Shown: one piece after another, positions 1 to 10,512 of the stretch
How positions within the stretch are numbered: position 1 is the stretch's first letter
Layout: the number at the start of each line of letters is the position of its first letter
Origin: an uncultured Nitrospiraceae bacterium
GTDB taxonomy: Bacteria; Nitrospirota; Thermodesulfovibrionia; Thermodesulfovibrionales; SM23-35
Assembly: GCA_963727775.1 (NCBI GenBank)
Contig: CAVSHB010000002.1
Location: forward strand, 256,001 to 320,000
DNA: 64,000 nucleotides
Direction of reading: 5' to 3'
Position numbers and translations under genes: made by a program
The notes under the pieces: generated by a model
Seen by the model: the letters and a program-made list of their open reading frames with translations, nothing else
The model's database searches: none
What the model was told of the DNA's origin: nothing

Positions 1-72
1 TCCCTGGCTCAGGAGTGCGCGCTCAAGAAAAACCCTTGAATTGGCATCGTCCTCTACGATCAATACCTTCAT
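1..72 (-). CDS. Response regulator receiver domain, N-terminus (runs off window)
   Basis: Manual translation MKVLIVEDDANSRVFLERALLSQG; ATG overlaps the stop of 69..440. Confidence 0.8.
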   Translation of the reverse strand, partial: MKVLIVEDDANSRVFLERALLSQG

Positions 73-440
73 GCTGTTTCACCGGTCAGTTGCCTGATCT
101 GGGATATGACACGTTCCGGGTCGATGGGTTTCTCGATATAACCGTCACACCCTGCGGACAAAAGCTTTTCCCGGTCACCTGACATCGCATATGAGGTCAT
201 GGCGATTACCGGAATGCTGTTGCCTATTTCTGAACTCCGGATTTTACGCAGCACCTCCGTGCCTTCAATATCCGGCAGTTGGATATCGAGGATGATGAAA
301 TCAGGCCTTTTTTGCAGGGCCATTTCGAATCCCTCCATACCGGTTACGGCCTGAAGTGTCCGGTAACCAAACTTCTCCAGAAATCTGGTAATCAATACCA
401 TATTGTCAGGGTTATCTTCAATGATCAGAGCTGTTTTCAT
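69..440 (-). CDS. Single-domain response regulator (DivK/CheY-like)
   Basis: ALIIEDN, IILDIQLP, AMTSYAM, YIEKP receiver motifs. Confidence 0.93.
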   Translation of the reverse strand: MKTALIIEDNPDNMVLITRFLEKFGYRTLQAVTGMEGFEMALQKRPDFIILDIQLPDIEGTEVLRKIRSSEIGNSIPVIAMTSYAMSGDREKLLSAGCDGYIEKPIDPERVISQIRQLTGETA

Positions 441-2608
441 CGGATATCTCCTATTTTATTTATGTCAGAAGTCTGACTTAAGTCCCTGGGAACTCTTAAA
501 GTAAACGCACTCCCATGCCCTTCCATGCTCTGAACCGAGACACTCCCTTGAAGAATATCAGTAGCAAGTTTTTTGGTAAGATATAGCCCCAGACCTGTAC
601 CACCGGCTTTCACGCGTAAATGTGTATCCAGCCGCTCAAATGCCTCGAAAAGCTTCGGCATATCTTTTTCTGCAATTCCTATTCCCGTGTCAATAACAGA
701 AATTTCCACATCAGCGTTCAGTTCACGAGCTGTAATAGTAATTCCGCCTTTTTCCGTAAACTTTACTCCGTTACTCAAAAAGTTAATGAGGCACTGCAGC
801 AGCCTCTTCCTGTCTGTATTCAGCTTCACGTCCGCAGGTATGTCGACTGCCATAGTCAACCGTTTTTCCTTTAACTGTGGCTCTATGGTAGATAGTGCCT
901 CATCAATAATATTTTTGAGTGAAACTTCCTCCGGAAATAAATCGAGTCTCCCGGCTTCAATTTTTGAAATGTCAATAACATCGGTGATTAAGGCAAGAAG
1001 ATGTTTGGCTGACTGGTAGACCCTTGCAAGATTGTCCTTCTGCTCGTCGTTAAGTTCTCCGGATAATCCCTGCAGGGTCATGCCGGTGAACCCTATGATG
1101 GAGTTCAACGGTGTGCGAAGCTCATGGGACATTGAGGCAATGAACATTGATTTGAGCCGGTCCAGTTCCTTTAACCTTTCATTAGCCGTTTCGAGTTGCT
1201 TCTTGGCCTCATTCACATCCTCCAGCAGTAACTGGAGGGCCTTCTGCGATCGCTCCAGTTCAATTGTCTTTGCCTCAAGGTCAGCCGTGCGTTCATTCAC
1301 AAGCTCTTCAAGATGAAGCCGGTACTTTTCCAACTCCGCCTCAGTCTGTTTCCGTTCTGTGATATCGGAACCAACGCTGAGGATTTCCAGTACCTTTCCC
1401 TCATTATCCTTTACTACTTTGTTAGTCCAGGAAATCCAGACTCTATCACCGTTACGTCGCATGTTTTCATTGATGTTTTTCTCAAAGTCTTCAGGGTGGG
1501 CACAAATTTCATCCATGAGAGGGCTCAGATCCCTGCCCGTGGTTTCTGATTCAGGAACAATAGTGCCGACTACATGACGGCCGAGAATTTCAGCTTCCGA
1601 GTAGCCGAAAAATTTCTGTCCAAATTCATTCAAGAAGGTGACTTCTCCCTCCCGGTTCCAACGAAGAATTATACTGTTGGCGTTCTGAACAAGCTCCCGA
1701 TACTTCCGTTCGCTTTCCTGAAGCTTTTTCCCTGCCTGCTTACGGTCGGTGATATCTATAATGGAGGCAATACTCTTTTTTGTGCCCGGAATCATGGCAA
1801 TGGTCAGGGATATTTGCTTGATATTGCCATACTTATCGATCAGCCTTAACTCATAATTCCCAGGAGCAGCTTCGGGATCGTTTCTCCTCAAGCTGTGAAA
1901 GTATTGCATCTTCCCGACATCCTCTTCCATAACGAATTCTGTCCACTTCATTTTTCCTTCAATTTCTTTTCGTGAATAACCGGATATCTTCTCTGCTTCT
2001 GCATTTGCCAGTGATATGGCGGTGTCCTCTTCGATTATGATCATGGCTGTCCCGGTATTTTCAAACACAGCCCTGTACTTTATTTCTGATTCGAGCAGAT
2101 TGTTCTCAACCTTTTTGTGCTTTGTGATATCTTCATACATCACAACAATGCCCTTTTCCAACATCCCTTTACCGATCACTGATGCGCTTATCCTGCACAG
2201 TATTTCCTCACCATCCTTGCGCCTGCAGGGAAAATCCTCAGTATGGGTTCTCTGCTTCTCAAGCAATGGATAGAAGTGCCTGCCGATCTCCTCATAGTCT
2301 TTCTCGCTCCGATATAATAGCTGTGTTTTTTGCCCGATTATTTCATCGGGTTTCCAGCCGAACACTCTTTCAACCGCTTCATTTGCAAAGAATATTGTAC
2401 GATCTTTTAAACCGACAATTGCGTGAGGAATCGCACTGAGTATCGAGGACTGTAATTCTTGCAGTTGTTTGAGAGATGTCTTGAAAGAACGCGTATCTGT
2501 TGATGATTTGATAGGAACACTTTCATTGATAGAAAAAAGTTTTGTTTTGGGATACTCTTCTATAATTGACTTCTGACTTTTATTTGCTGTCTTTTGTCTT
2601 TTAATCAT
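437..2608 (-). CDS. Multi-PAS sensor histidine kinase
   Basis: Three PAS-like repeats; H-box SHELRTPLN, N-box NFLSNGVKFT, G boxes DTGIGI and GTGLGL. Confidence 0.95.
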   Translation of the reverse strand: MIKRQKTANKSQKSIIEEYPKTKLFSINESVPIKSSTDTRSFKTSLKQLQELQSSILSAIPHAIVGLKDRTIFFANEAVERVFGWKPDEIIGQKTQLLYRSEKDYEEIGRHFYPLLEKQRTHTEDFPCRRKDGEEILCRISASVIGKGMLEKGIVVMYEDITKHKKVENNLLESEIKYRAVFENTGTAMIIIEEDTAISLANAEAEKISGYSRKEIEGKMKWTEFVMEEDVGKMQYFHSLRRNDPEAAPGNYELRLIDKYGNIKQISLTIAMIPGTKKSIASIIDITDRKQAGKKLQESERKYRELVQNANSIILRWNREGEVTFLNEFGQKFFGYSEAEILGRHVVGTIVPESETTGRDLSPLMDEICAHPEDFEKNINENMRRNGDRVWISWTNKVVKDNEGKVLEILSVGSDITERKQTEAELEKYRLHLEELVNERTADLEAKTIELERSQKALQLLLEDVNEAKKQLETANERLKELDRLKSMFIASMSHELRTPLNSIIGFTGMTLQGLSGELNDEQKDNLARVYQSAKHLLALITDVIDISKIEAGRLDLFPEEVSLKNIIDEALSTIEPQLKEKRLTMAVDIPADVKLNTDRKRLLQCLINFLSNGVKFTEKGGITITARELNADVEISVIDTGIGIAEKDMPKLFEAFERLDTHLRVKAGGTGLGLYLTKKLATDILQGSVSVQSMEGHGSAFTLRVPRDLSQTSDINKIGDIR

Positions 2609-4042
2609 TTAGAATGAACTGCTTTTTGACTTAATTTGGTCTTTCATCTAACGTTCCTGAATAAATTCACATGAGGTTGTTGAAAATAAACTTTCTACAA
2701 GGCGAGATGTATGAAAACTTTTGTGCTGAAGCCATTATTGCCTCCATTTACAGCTGCAGAAGCATAGACCTGATTTTGATTATACCAGCTATAAAAAATA
2801 TTGCAACATCATGCATGTAATGTTCTCAGAATGGGATACAGCGCAAGTACATTATACAATCAGATTATCCCCTTTATGGCGTATTATCGGACACCTCCCA
2901 TTGTTGCCTTTTCGTGCTTTACCCATTCCCAAATTATTTTTTTAAAGTTCTGCAATAACGATCCATATTGATTCCAGGGTCTGCACAATATTCCGGGATG
3001 TTTAAAAATGAGAATTGTTGTTTGAAATGCTCGTCATTTGCCTTACCCTGAAACGCGACGTTGATTCGGAAATCTTTATATATCTATGACGACCAAATGT
3101 ACACAGTACTATGTGCTATACGTAACAAAATTGATTGATTCTTAGGACCACCAAGGGTCATGATCAAGCCTGCTTTTTCAAAAAGGAAGAGGAGGATCAA
3201 TGACCCAGGCAAGACCGATTGTCAGCAGACCACACAGCAGTGAAATCGAAGTAATAAGTTATCAGGATGTAGCAAGCTCTTATATTGATCGTATTCTTCA
3301 GAAGATTTCTGCAATGGAGTTTCCCGGCAAAGAGGCCTGCGAGAGCTACATGCGCCACAAGTGGAGAATGAATCACAAGCCAAGCACTCTTGAGAGCAGT
3401 CTCCACGCTGTGAGTTCCTTTCTCACTTTCTATGCCAGCATAGGGAAGAGCCAACTTCAAGATGTAGTCAGTGACGATCTTGAGAGATTTGTCGAACACG
3501 AACAGGATCGAGGGCTGAAGGTCACGACGGTAAGGACAAGGCTTCATTGCCTCTTTGCTTTCCTGCGGTTTCTGATCGATCAGGATATCGTTGGCGAACG
3601 TATACTCAAACGTAAGATCAAACTCAAAGTGCCTGATTTCCTGCCAAGAGCTATTGCACCGGGCGATGTAAGAAAGTTTCTTGGTGCTATTAAAGAGATA
3701 CGTGACCGTGCCCTGATACTCGTGCTCTTACGAACAGGCATGAGAATCGGCGAAGTTCTTCGCCTGAATGTAAGAGACTTGGATGTTAGGGAAAGAAAGA
3801 TACACATTTATGAGGGGGAAAAGAACTGCCTTGGACGAGTGGTCTATCTCAGCGACGATGCTTTAATGGCCTTAAGGTGTGGGCGGCGGAGTAAAAGAAC
3901 TGGTAACGGAGGAACCGAAAGCGTCGCTGATGGAGCCAGCCTGAAGATTGCAGTTAGAATTAATGAGTAGACTGAAGAACCCACCTTAGAGACCCACCTT
4001 TACATACAATGATACCTACAACAAAGTAGTTGGAGGTAATCA

Positions 4043-4411
4043 TTGGTAAAGAGATGCATGCACTGTGGGCGGTATTTCACGCCTGATAAACGGATCGGAG
4101 CGAGGCAGAAAGTCTGTCAGCGAAAGCAATGCAAGCGGGCAAGAAAGAACCAGTCCCAGCAGCGGTGGCGCCAAAATAATCCTGAGTATTTCAATAACCT
4201 GTATCTCGACTATGTCAAACCCTGGCGGCAGCGACGCAAAGAGCTACATGTGTCTCCCTTGCCGCGACAAATGATAAAAGACGAGATACCCCCTTCAAAG
4301 CCTTTACAGGAACTGGTTTTGCTGATACCGGGTGGCATTAAAGGGATGATAAAAGACGAGATACGACTGCGAAGGCTTGATAGTCATACGTTTGCGGCCT
4401 ATGGGCCATGA
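4043..4411 (+). CDS. Cys-rich basic passenger protein inside IS21
   Basis: CxxC...CxxxxC, RBS GGAGG upstream of TTG start. Confidence 0.65.
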   Translation: MVKRCMHCGRYFTPDKRIGARQKVCQRKQCKRARKNQSQQRWRQNNPEYFNNLYLDYVKPWRQRRKELHVSPLPRQMIKDEIPPSKPLQELVLLIPGGIKGMIKDEIRLRRLDSHTFAAYGP

Positions 4412-4486
4412 TAAAAGACGAAATGGACTCGTAATCGGCGCTGAGGTAAACTGGATCATCACATCAGGGAAGGAGATGATCCATCA

Positions 4487-5899
4487 ATGCAAGAATCGCT
4501 TCAAAACCGGGCGCGGCACCTATATCAGGTTGAAGGGTTGAGCCTGAATCAGGTAGCGACGAAGCTGGGCATATCGAGAAAAAAGGTTACCCGCCTCATT
4601 CGGCAAGACGACACCAGGAGAAGATCCTCCGGTAACATCCTGGCGCCCTATGCGCGGTTAATTCAGCAGTGGTACACGGAATATCCGTTTCTGCAGGCCA
4701 TACAGGTAATGGAGCGGCTGAAGGGCTACGGGTATGAGGGAGGGTATACGGCGGTGAAGGATTACACGCTCCCATTAAGAAAGAAGCGGAAGGGCAACTC
4801 CTTCCATGCGCTGGAGTTTCTTCCAGGGGAAGAATCGCAGGTTGATTGGATGCAGAGGAGCATGCCTTTCGGGGTAGTCTACGGGTTCGGCTACATCCTG
4901 TCCTATTCGCGGTACCTTTACGCTCACTTCTATCTGAGGAGCTCTATGGAGTTTTTCCTGGACGGCCATATTGAGGCCTTCAAAGAAATAGGAGGTGTCG
5001 CCAACAGACATGCTTATGACAATCTCAAGTCCGTAGTCATAAAGAGAAAACCGGAGATAACTTACAATGCTCGTTTTTTGGACTTTGCACGGCACTATAA
5101 TTTCTCTATCCGTGCCTGCAATCCTGGCAAGCCTAATGAGAAAGGCAGGGTTGAGCGGGTCATCAGAGACATTGAAAGCTTCCTCGTCATCAATACCTTC
5201 GCCGATATCGACGATCTTAATAAAAGATTCGGCCTCTGGCGCATACAGAGAAATGCCAGGATTCACCGATCCACGGGAATGCCTCCTGTTGAGGCGTTAA
5301 AGCAGGAGAGACTCATAGCTCTCCCCCAAATCCATTACCTGCCTTACAGACAGGAGCCGGCATCCATCAACAAGACGTGCTTTGTGGAGTTCGACACCAA
5401 CCGCTACTCAGTGCCATCCCAGTACGGAGATATGCCCTGCGACATCTTTGGGTATCCTCAGCACATAGAAATAGCGGTGCATGGCAGAAAGATAGCGACG
5501 CACAAACGGGTATTCGACAGAAAACAAAAGATAGAACATCCTTCTCACCGCGAGAAACTTCTCAATATCACTCCCCACTATAAATACAAAAGGATGCACC
5601 AGCTTCTGAAGTCCATGGACAAAAACATCGAACACTTCCTCAACCGCGCTGAACAAGAGGGACAGGATCCTCTTGAGGTTGCTTACGAACTGTTCAAACT
5701 TCTTAAAGGCATAGCCAGGGAGACACTGATATCGGCGGTCAAGGCCGCCATAAGCATCGATACCTATAGAGTGACCTATATCCAGGGGCTTCTGGGTCCG
5801 GCGGGCAATCAGGACAATCCCGTGCATCCCCAGAACCCGGGGCTGTTACATATCTCATATGAAGGGAGGCAACTGAGCGATTATGATGAACTTATCTGA
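4487..5899 (+). CDS. istA: IS21 transposase IstA
   Basis: N-terminal HTH, PGEESQVDW, YDN, KGRVER. Confidence 0.95.
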   Translation: MQESLQNRARHLYQVEGLSLNQVATKLGISRKKVTRLIRQDDTRRRSSGNILAPYARLIQQWYTEYPFLQAIQVMERLKGYGYEGGYTAVKDYTLPLRKKRKGNSFHALEFLPGEESQVDWMQRSMPFGVVYGFGYILSYSRYLYAHFYLRSSMEFFLDGHIEAFKEIGGVANRHAYDNLKSVVIKRKPEITYNARFLDFARHYNFSIRACNPGKPNEKGRVERVIRDIESFLVINTFADIDDLNKRFGLWRIQRNARIHRSTGMPPVEALKQERLIALPQIHYLPYRQEPASINKTCFVEFDTNRYSVPSQYGDMPCDIFGYPQHIEIAVHGRKIATHKRVFDRKQKIEHPSHREKLLNITPHYKYKRMHQLLKSMDKNIEHFLNRAEQEGQDPLEVAYELFKLLKGIARETLISAVKAAISIDTYRVTYIQGLLGPAGNQDNPVHPQNPGLLHISYEGRQLSDYDELI

Positions 5900-6560
5900 G
5901 CTGTGGAGGCACTTCAGGCTCCTTGCGGATCTTGAAGCTCTTTCAAAAGAACAAAAGGAGTTTATGTTGAAGTTCCTCACCGAGGAGTATCATCGAAAGG
6001 AGTTAAAAAGGATCCAGTACCTCATGAACATGTCCGGCATCAAGAGAACAAAGATCCTCGATGACTTCGACTGGAAATATAATCCAAAGATACCAAGGGA
6101 CAAGATCATAGAATACATGAACACCCAGTGGCTTAAGAAACCCAGCAACCTTGTGCTCATAGGCCCGGCCGGTGTCGGTAAAACCCATGTCGCAACCGCA
6201 CTGTGCCATGATGCCCTTACCAAAGGCTGTCAGACGGTCTTTCTTACCTTGTTTGACCTCACCGCCAAAATGGCGAAGGCCAAGAGCATCTACAGCTTCA
6301 TCGAATACCACGCGCGGGCAGCCGTTTGGTGTCTGGATGAGATCGGCTATGTGATCCCGAGCAAAGAACAGGCAGACTGCATCTTCCAGATAATCTCAAA
6401 AAGGGCGGAAGTGGGCACGACCATCGTCACCACCAACCTTGTACCGTCAAACTGGGGGAAGGTGTTTGATACCGTGACTGCATCGGCGATTCTTGATCGG
6501 CTCAGCATGAACGGAAAGTTCATCACCTTCGAAGGAAGGTCCTATAGAAATAGGCAGTAA
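5883..6560 (+). CDS. istB: IS21 helper ATPase IstB
   Basis: Walker A GPAGVGKT, LDEIGY, TTNL, AILDRL. Confidence 0.95.
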   Translation: MMNLSELWRHFRLLADLEALSKEQKEFMLKFLTEEYHRKELKRIQYLMNMSGIKRTKILDDFDWKYNPKIPRDKIIEYMNTQWLKKPSNLVLIGPAGVGKTHVATALCHDALTKGCQTVFLTLFDLTAKMAKAKSIYSFIEYHARAAVWCLDEIGYVIPSKEQADCIFQIISKRAEVGTTIVTTNLVPSNWGKVFDTVTASAILDRLSMNGKFITFEGRSYRNRQ

Positions 6561-7043
6561 GCTGGGTAGAATAATAACGAAAGTTCCGAATCAGGGTTAC
6601 AACTGATTAGAGATAACTCGCCTCGGCGCAGGGCGTTCCACGCTGGATTGCGCCCTGACCAGCTACAGCAGGCATCCGCCGCCGCCATATTCGGTTCCTT
6701 TCGAGCGGCGCCCACATAAGGCTCTGGCTTAGAAAAAGAAAACATCAAAGCGAGTATCTATTCCCCGGTCTACAGCATAGACATTTAGGGTACACTCAAG
6801 CCCGCAATATTTTTGTGAAGTATATATGTGCTGCAGGGCTGCAGCATAAAGGTTACACGATCCACAGCATGAGACATACCTTTGCGAGTGAACTGCTGAA
6901 CGCGGGCATGCGCCTGGAATGTCTCCAGCTCTTGTTGGGCCATCGCGATATAGAGATGACCCGGCGGTATGCTCGCCTTACCGATAAAAGCCGGGAGGAG
7001 GAGTACTTCCGTGCCATGGCGATTATCGAGCAAGGAGGCATTG

Positions 7044-7976
7044 ATGGAGCCTACTGAGCTGATTGCGAGATACCGGAGATTTCTGAAGCGGAGGAACTAT
7101 TCGGTGCACACCGTGAAAAACTACGTCAATATCCTTGGTCATTTCAGTGCCTGGCTGCGGATTCCTATAGAGCGGGCAACGTCTAAAGAAACGGACGCCT
7201 ATATGGACCATCTCTTGAGAAGGAGGAAGAAACCAAAGACCATCAATTGTCATTTCGGCTGCATCCATACCTTTTATGATTATCTTATAGAAGAGGAGAG
7301 AATGCCTATTGCCAACCCCGTCAAAAAGAAATACAGGCTTCGGTTACCGCGGCCGCTGCCCAAACATCTCAGAGACCAGCAGGTTGCAGCACTCTTCAAC
7401 GAAATCAGCGATACCAGAGATCGGGCCATGTTCATGCTAATGCTCAGATGCGGTCTGCGGGTTGAAGAGGTTGCGCGACTGACAGCAGATGCGATAGAGT
7501 ATCGCAGCAGACAGCTTTATGTCTTCAATGGGAAAGGCAGCAAGGACAGAGTTGTCTATCTCAGCGATGACGCTCTGAGTACCTTAAAAACTTATATGGA
7601 TAAACGTAGATGGTCGAAGGAGAAAAGGTTGTTCTTAGTGCAAAAGGGGCCGCTTAGGGGGAAGCCGATATCAGTTCGCGGCATTCAAAAGAGGATCGAA
7701 CACTATGCACAGAGAGCGGGGATAGCGGTATCCTGTCATCACTTGAGGCACACTATGGCAACACAGTTATTGAATGCAGATGCCGATCTCGTTACCATAC
7801 AGGATTTACTGGGCCACAGCCGGATCACTACAACGCAGTGCTATTGTAGAGTCTCCAATCTCAAAGTGCAGCGGGACTACTATAAAGCCATTAACGTTGT
7901 ACTGCAAAGGACACAGCCAATAAGAGATGATAGCTTTGAGTGGGACAAAAAAGGGATAATAGACAACAGCATATAA
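7044..7976 (+). CDS. Tyrosine recombinase 2 (XerC/D-like), apparently intact
   Basis: LRCGLRVEE, KGSKDR, HHLRH, LLGH, TTQCY; RBS AAGGAGG before ATG 7044. Confidence 0.93.
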   Translation: MEPTELIARYRRFLKRRNYSVHTVKNYVNILGHFSAWLRIPIERATSKETDAYMDHLLRRRKKPKTINCHFGCIHTFYDYLIEEERMPIANPVKKKYRLRLPRPLPKHLRDQQVAALFNEISDTRDRAMFMLMLRCGLRVEEVARLTADAIEYRSRQLYVFNGKGSKDRVVYLSDDALSTLKTYMDKRRWSKEKRLFLVQKGPLRGKPISVRGIQKRIEHYAQRAGIAVSCHHLRHTMATQLLNADADLVTIQDLLGHSRITTTQCYCRVSNLKVQRDYYKAINVVLQRTQPIRDDSFEWDKKGIIDNSI

Positions 7977-8041
7977 CCAACTGAAACTAAAAGAAAAAGT
8001 AGGTTTTGTTACGTATAGCAGGAAGTAATTGAGAGAGATTA

Positions 8042-8299
8042 CTAATCCATTTTCCAGGCTACATATAGAAAGACAGCGAAACAAATTGCCGATATAATCA
8101 AGCCCGTGCATGAAAGACCTAATGACGCATTATTCCAAATAAAAGACGTTACTGAAAGAACTAAACCAGTGCCCGTACCTAATGAACAGATAAAACAAAG
8201 GATTAATTTTGAATCCTGAGCAAAACTGCGTTTTATAACCTCTAAGAACCCTTTTTTGAGAGATGAGATATATCCCAATATATAGGCTTCATCAATCAC
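8042..8299 (-). CDS. Small membrane protein
   Basis: Two hydrophobic segments; coupled to 8299..8541. Confidence 0.55.
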   Translation of the reverse strand: MIDEAYILGYISSLKKGFLEVIKRSFAQDSKLILCFICSLGTGTGLVLSVTSFIWNNASLGLSCTGLIISAICFAVFLYVAWKMD

Positions 8300-8541
8300 T
8301 ATTTTCTCAATTTCTTAGCAATATATACTCGGAGTTTGCACTGACAAAAAAAGATACCGCCAAAATGGAGAGAGAATTTACATTGCAATGGGTCCGCTAT
8401 TAGGCAAGCGACAAACGATTCTAACCCAACATCTCTTGCTTTACAGAGATTCTTCAGACCGGATGTATAACATGAAAATTCTTTTGGGCATTTCAGTCCG
8501 TCAATCATTTCCTCTATATGTTCTTGAATAGCCTTTTCCAT
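8299..8541 (-). CDS. Small Cys-rich hypothetical protein
   Basis: 80 aa with 7 Cys; downstream of repeat copy 1. Confidence 0.7.
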   Translation of the reverse strand: MEKAIQEHIEEMIDGLKCPKEFSCYTSGLKNLCKARDVGLESFVACLIADPLQCKFSLHFGGIFFCQCKLRVYIAKKLRK

Positions 8542-8710
8542 GATTTACTTTATCAAAGTGGTGACGATAAAGATGTCAGCGGTGGGCTATTTTTTGTGTA
8601 GGACTTTCAGATTTTTTTTGTGGGCATTGTCCTACATCAAGCAATATATGAAAAAGCACTGATTCCAGAGCATATGTGGTGAACTGCCCCACACATGTTG
8701 AGCGCTAACG

Positions 8711-8781
8711 ATTACCGGTTGTACAGCACAGAATTATTACATTTCTTAAAGGTGCGGCTTTCAGGAAGGAAGCTTGCGCAT
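8711..8781 (-). repeat. Array repeat copy 1
   Basis: attaccGGTTGT acagcac AGAATTATtac...TTTCAGGAAGGAAGCTTGCGCAT (plus strand shown). Confidence 0.9.
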
Positions 8782-8829
8782 GGGCTCTCCTTGCCCCATG
8801 TCAACGGGTACCCCCTCGTCACTCTTTAT

Positions 8830-10463
8830 CCTAAAAAAAGCAGTTAGAGATCATGCCACACCAGTTTGAGGGAGCAATTTCCCTGAATTTATGTTCAAAG
8901 GGCCGATGATTTTTCTAAAAGCATGCATTGCTACAATCCTCATCCGCTCAGCGATATTCAACTGCTCCGCAGTGGTCCTAATATCCCCGAGGAACAGTGA
9001 TAGTCGTAACAATGCTCCCCGCACCTTTTCAGCCTTTGCATGAGGACTGGTAATAGTCAGAAAAGTCTGTCCCCCATGTTTTGTCTGTTTCGCAACTGCG
9101 TGTAACAGCAACGGTCTGCTCGTTATTGCCTCATGATGTTTATTTGGATTGGCCAGGCGCACAAACAGCGACCACCAGTTATATACAAGAGCTACCATGC
9201 GACTAATCATGCGGCATCGCTTCAAATCCTTTGTCGTATATCCGCCCCAGCCCCACTGATTCTTTAACTCGTCAAAGATATTTTCACTGTCTGCACGATC
9301 CCGGTAATGCTGTGCAATACTTGATACCTCATCAGAAAGAGAAGTCACCAGCACCGTGTACTCATACTTAGCCACTCCCCCTTGTGTCTCGATGAAACTC
9401 ATCTCCATTTGATCTTTCCCTTTTTTCTGCAAAAGAATATCCCCAGGTATAGGTCGGCGCAGCACGATCACCCGGCGACTACGGCTCCACCCAAATAACT
9501 TCAGCTCTGACTCCATTCCATAGTATCCGGCACCGGCTTTTACCCATTCTTCCATCTCAAACATTCTCTCGATCAATCTTTTTACATTCTTCGTAATCCT
9601 CAGCTTTGTGACATAATGTATACTACGTTTTTCTGCCTCTGATAACACTCCCTCTACTCCAAACGCTATATCTCCACGGATGAAGGCCGGCCGATTATCC
9701 CGGGGAATACTCTCTACCAATTCCCATAATCCAGCCGTGCTGTGACTCGATGCGGTCTCATTGCCCGCCTTCACTTCTACCTTTAACGCTAATCGTGTGT
9801 TTGCCATAAAATAACTGTGGTAACTGTGTGAGGGCCGCCCAGGTTTCTTAGGATTATATCCCACAACTGCCCCCTCTTGTTTGCCATACAGACACTTTAC
9901 CGTCGTGTCCGTATCAAGTATCCAGGAGGGGCCTGATACTGCCGATAATACAGGCATCGTGCAGCGTGCAAGCTCTGATTCAAGCCATTGTATCCCAGTC
10001 CCTTCTTCTATCTGCAATAAGGCCCGACGCGCCGCATCTTCACTGATTATCTTATCCATCCCCAATAACTCGGGATTCACTCCATCACTTCGTATCGCTG
10101 CGATATGTGCATATCGCTTATGTCCCGCAAGTATCGAAAGCATGAGAGTGCCTAACACGTTTCTCTTCTTCGGCGCATTCGGGCTGCTATAGGAGAGGGG
10201 ACACTCTTTTACAAAGGAATCAAACAACCCGCTGACTTTCAGAAATTCTATGAAAAATGGCAACTGCCCCAATGGGGTAACAGCTGCATCAGGGTCCCAT
10301 TCTACGTGTATCTTCCCCGCATATGTATCAATTCCTACTGAGTTGCTCCTTGCTATCGCACGCCGTTTTGCCTCACCCATTAGGTGAACCCTCCTGCCAC
10401 TCTTTTTCCGTTTATTATTGCATGCTTCGCCCCTTATGTGTATCCCGTACCGCTTTTTTTAGG
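8830..10463 (-). mobile_element. IS1380-family element
   Basis: IRs CCTAAAAAAAGC / GCTTTTTTTAGG; duplication TTTAT (8825-8829, 10464-10468). Confidence 0.92.
8851..10380 (-). CDS. IS1380-family transposase
   Basis: ILDTDTT, GYNPKKPG, IRGD, YRDRADSENIFDELK. Confidence 0.93.
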   Translation of the reverse strand: MGEAKRRAIARSNSVGIDTYAGKIHVEWDPDAAVTPLGQLPFFIEFLKVSGLFDSFVKECPLSYSSPNAPKKRNVLGTLMLSILAGHKRYAHIAAIRSDGVNPELLGMDKIISEDAARRALLQIEEGTGIQWLESELARCTMPVLSAVSGPSWILDTDTTVKCLYGKQEGAVVGYNPKKPGRPSHSYHSYFMANTRLALKVEVKAGNETASSHSTAGLWELVESIPRDNRPAFIRGDIAFGVEGVLSEAEKRSIHYVTKLRITKNVKRLIERMFEMEEWVKAGAGYYGMESELKLFGWSRSRRVIVLRRPIPGDILLQKKGKDQMEMSFIETQGGVAKYEYTVLVTSLSDEVSSIAQHYRDRADSENIFDELKNQWGWGGYTTKDLKRCRMISRMVALVYNWWSLFVRLANPNKHHEAITSRPLLLHAVAKQTKHGGQTFLTITSPHAKAEKVRGALLRLSLFLGDIRTTAEQLNIAERMRIVAMHAFRKIIGPLNINSGKLLPQTGVA

Positions 10464-10512
10464 TTTATAGACCTTACTCCATATTCCGGTTGGTATCACA
10501 TACATACGGCAC

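Larger units (their letters stand above)
3878..6716 (+). mobile_element. IS21-family element
   Basis: Imperfect IRs TGTGGGCGGCGG... / ...GCGGCGCCCACA; 5-bp duplication TAAGG (3873-3877, 6717-6721); istA and istB. Confidence 0.95.
3200..7057 (+). pseudogene. Tyrosine recombinase 1, interrupted by IS21
   Basis: N-part has LRTGMRIGE, C-part HSMRH...LLGH...TRRY; removing 3878-6721 restores the frame (MALR|LWLRKRKHQSEYLFPG). Confidence 0.92.
3114..8020 (+). mobile_element. Two-tyrosine-recombinase element with 17-bp perfect terminal inverted repeats
   Basis: TGCTATACGTAACAAAA (3114-3130) and TTTTGTTACGTATAGCA (8004-8020) bracket two overlapping XerC/D-like genes. Confidence 0.8.

Noticed and set aside
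3100..3120. Two-recombinase element inserted into an array repeat (GTACTATG | CAGGAAG)
   Set aside because: Only the 7-mer region resembles the site; ATTATATCAGG and correct spacing are absent
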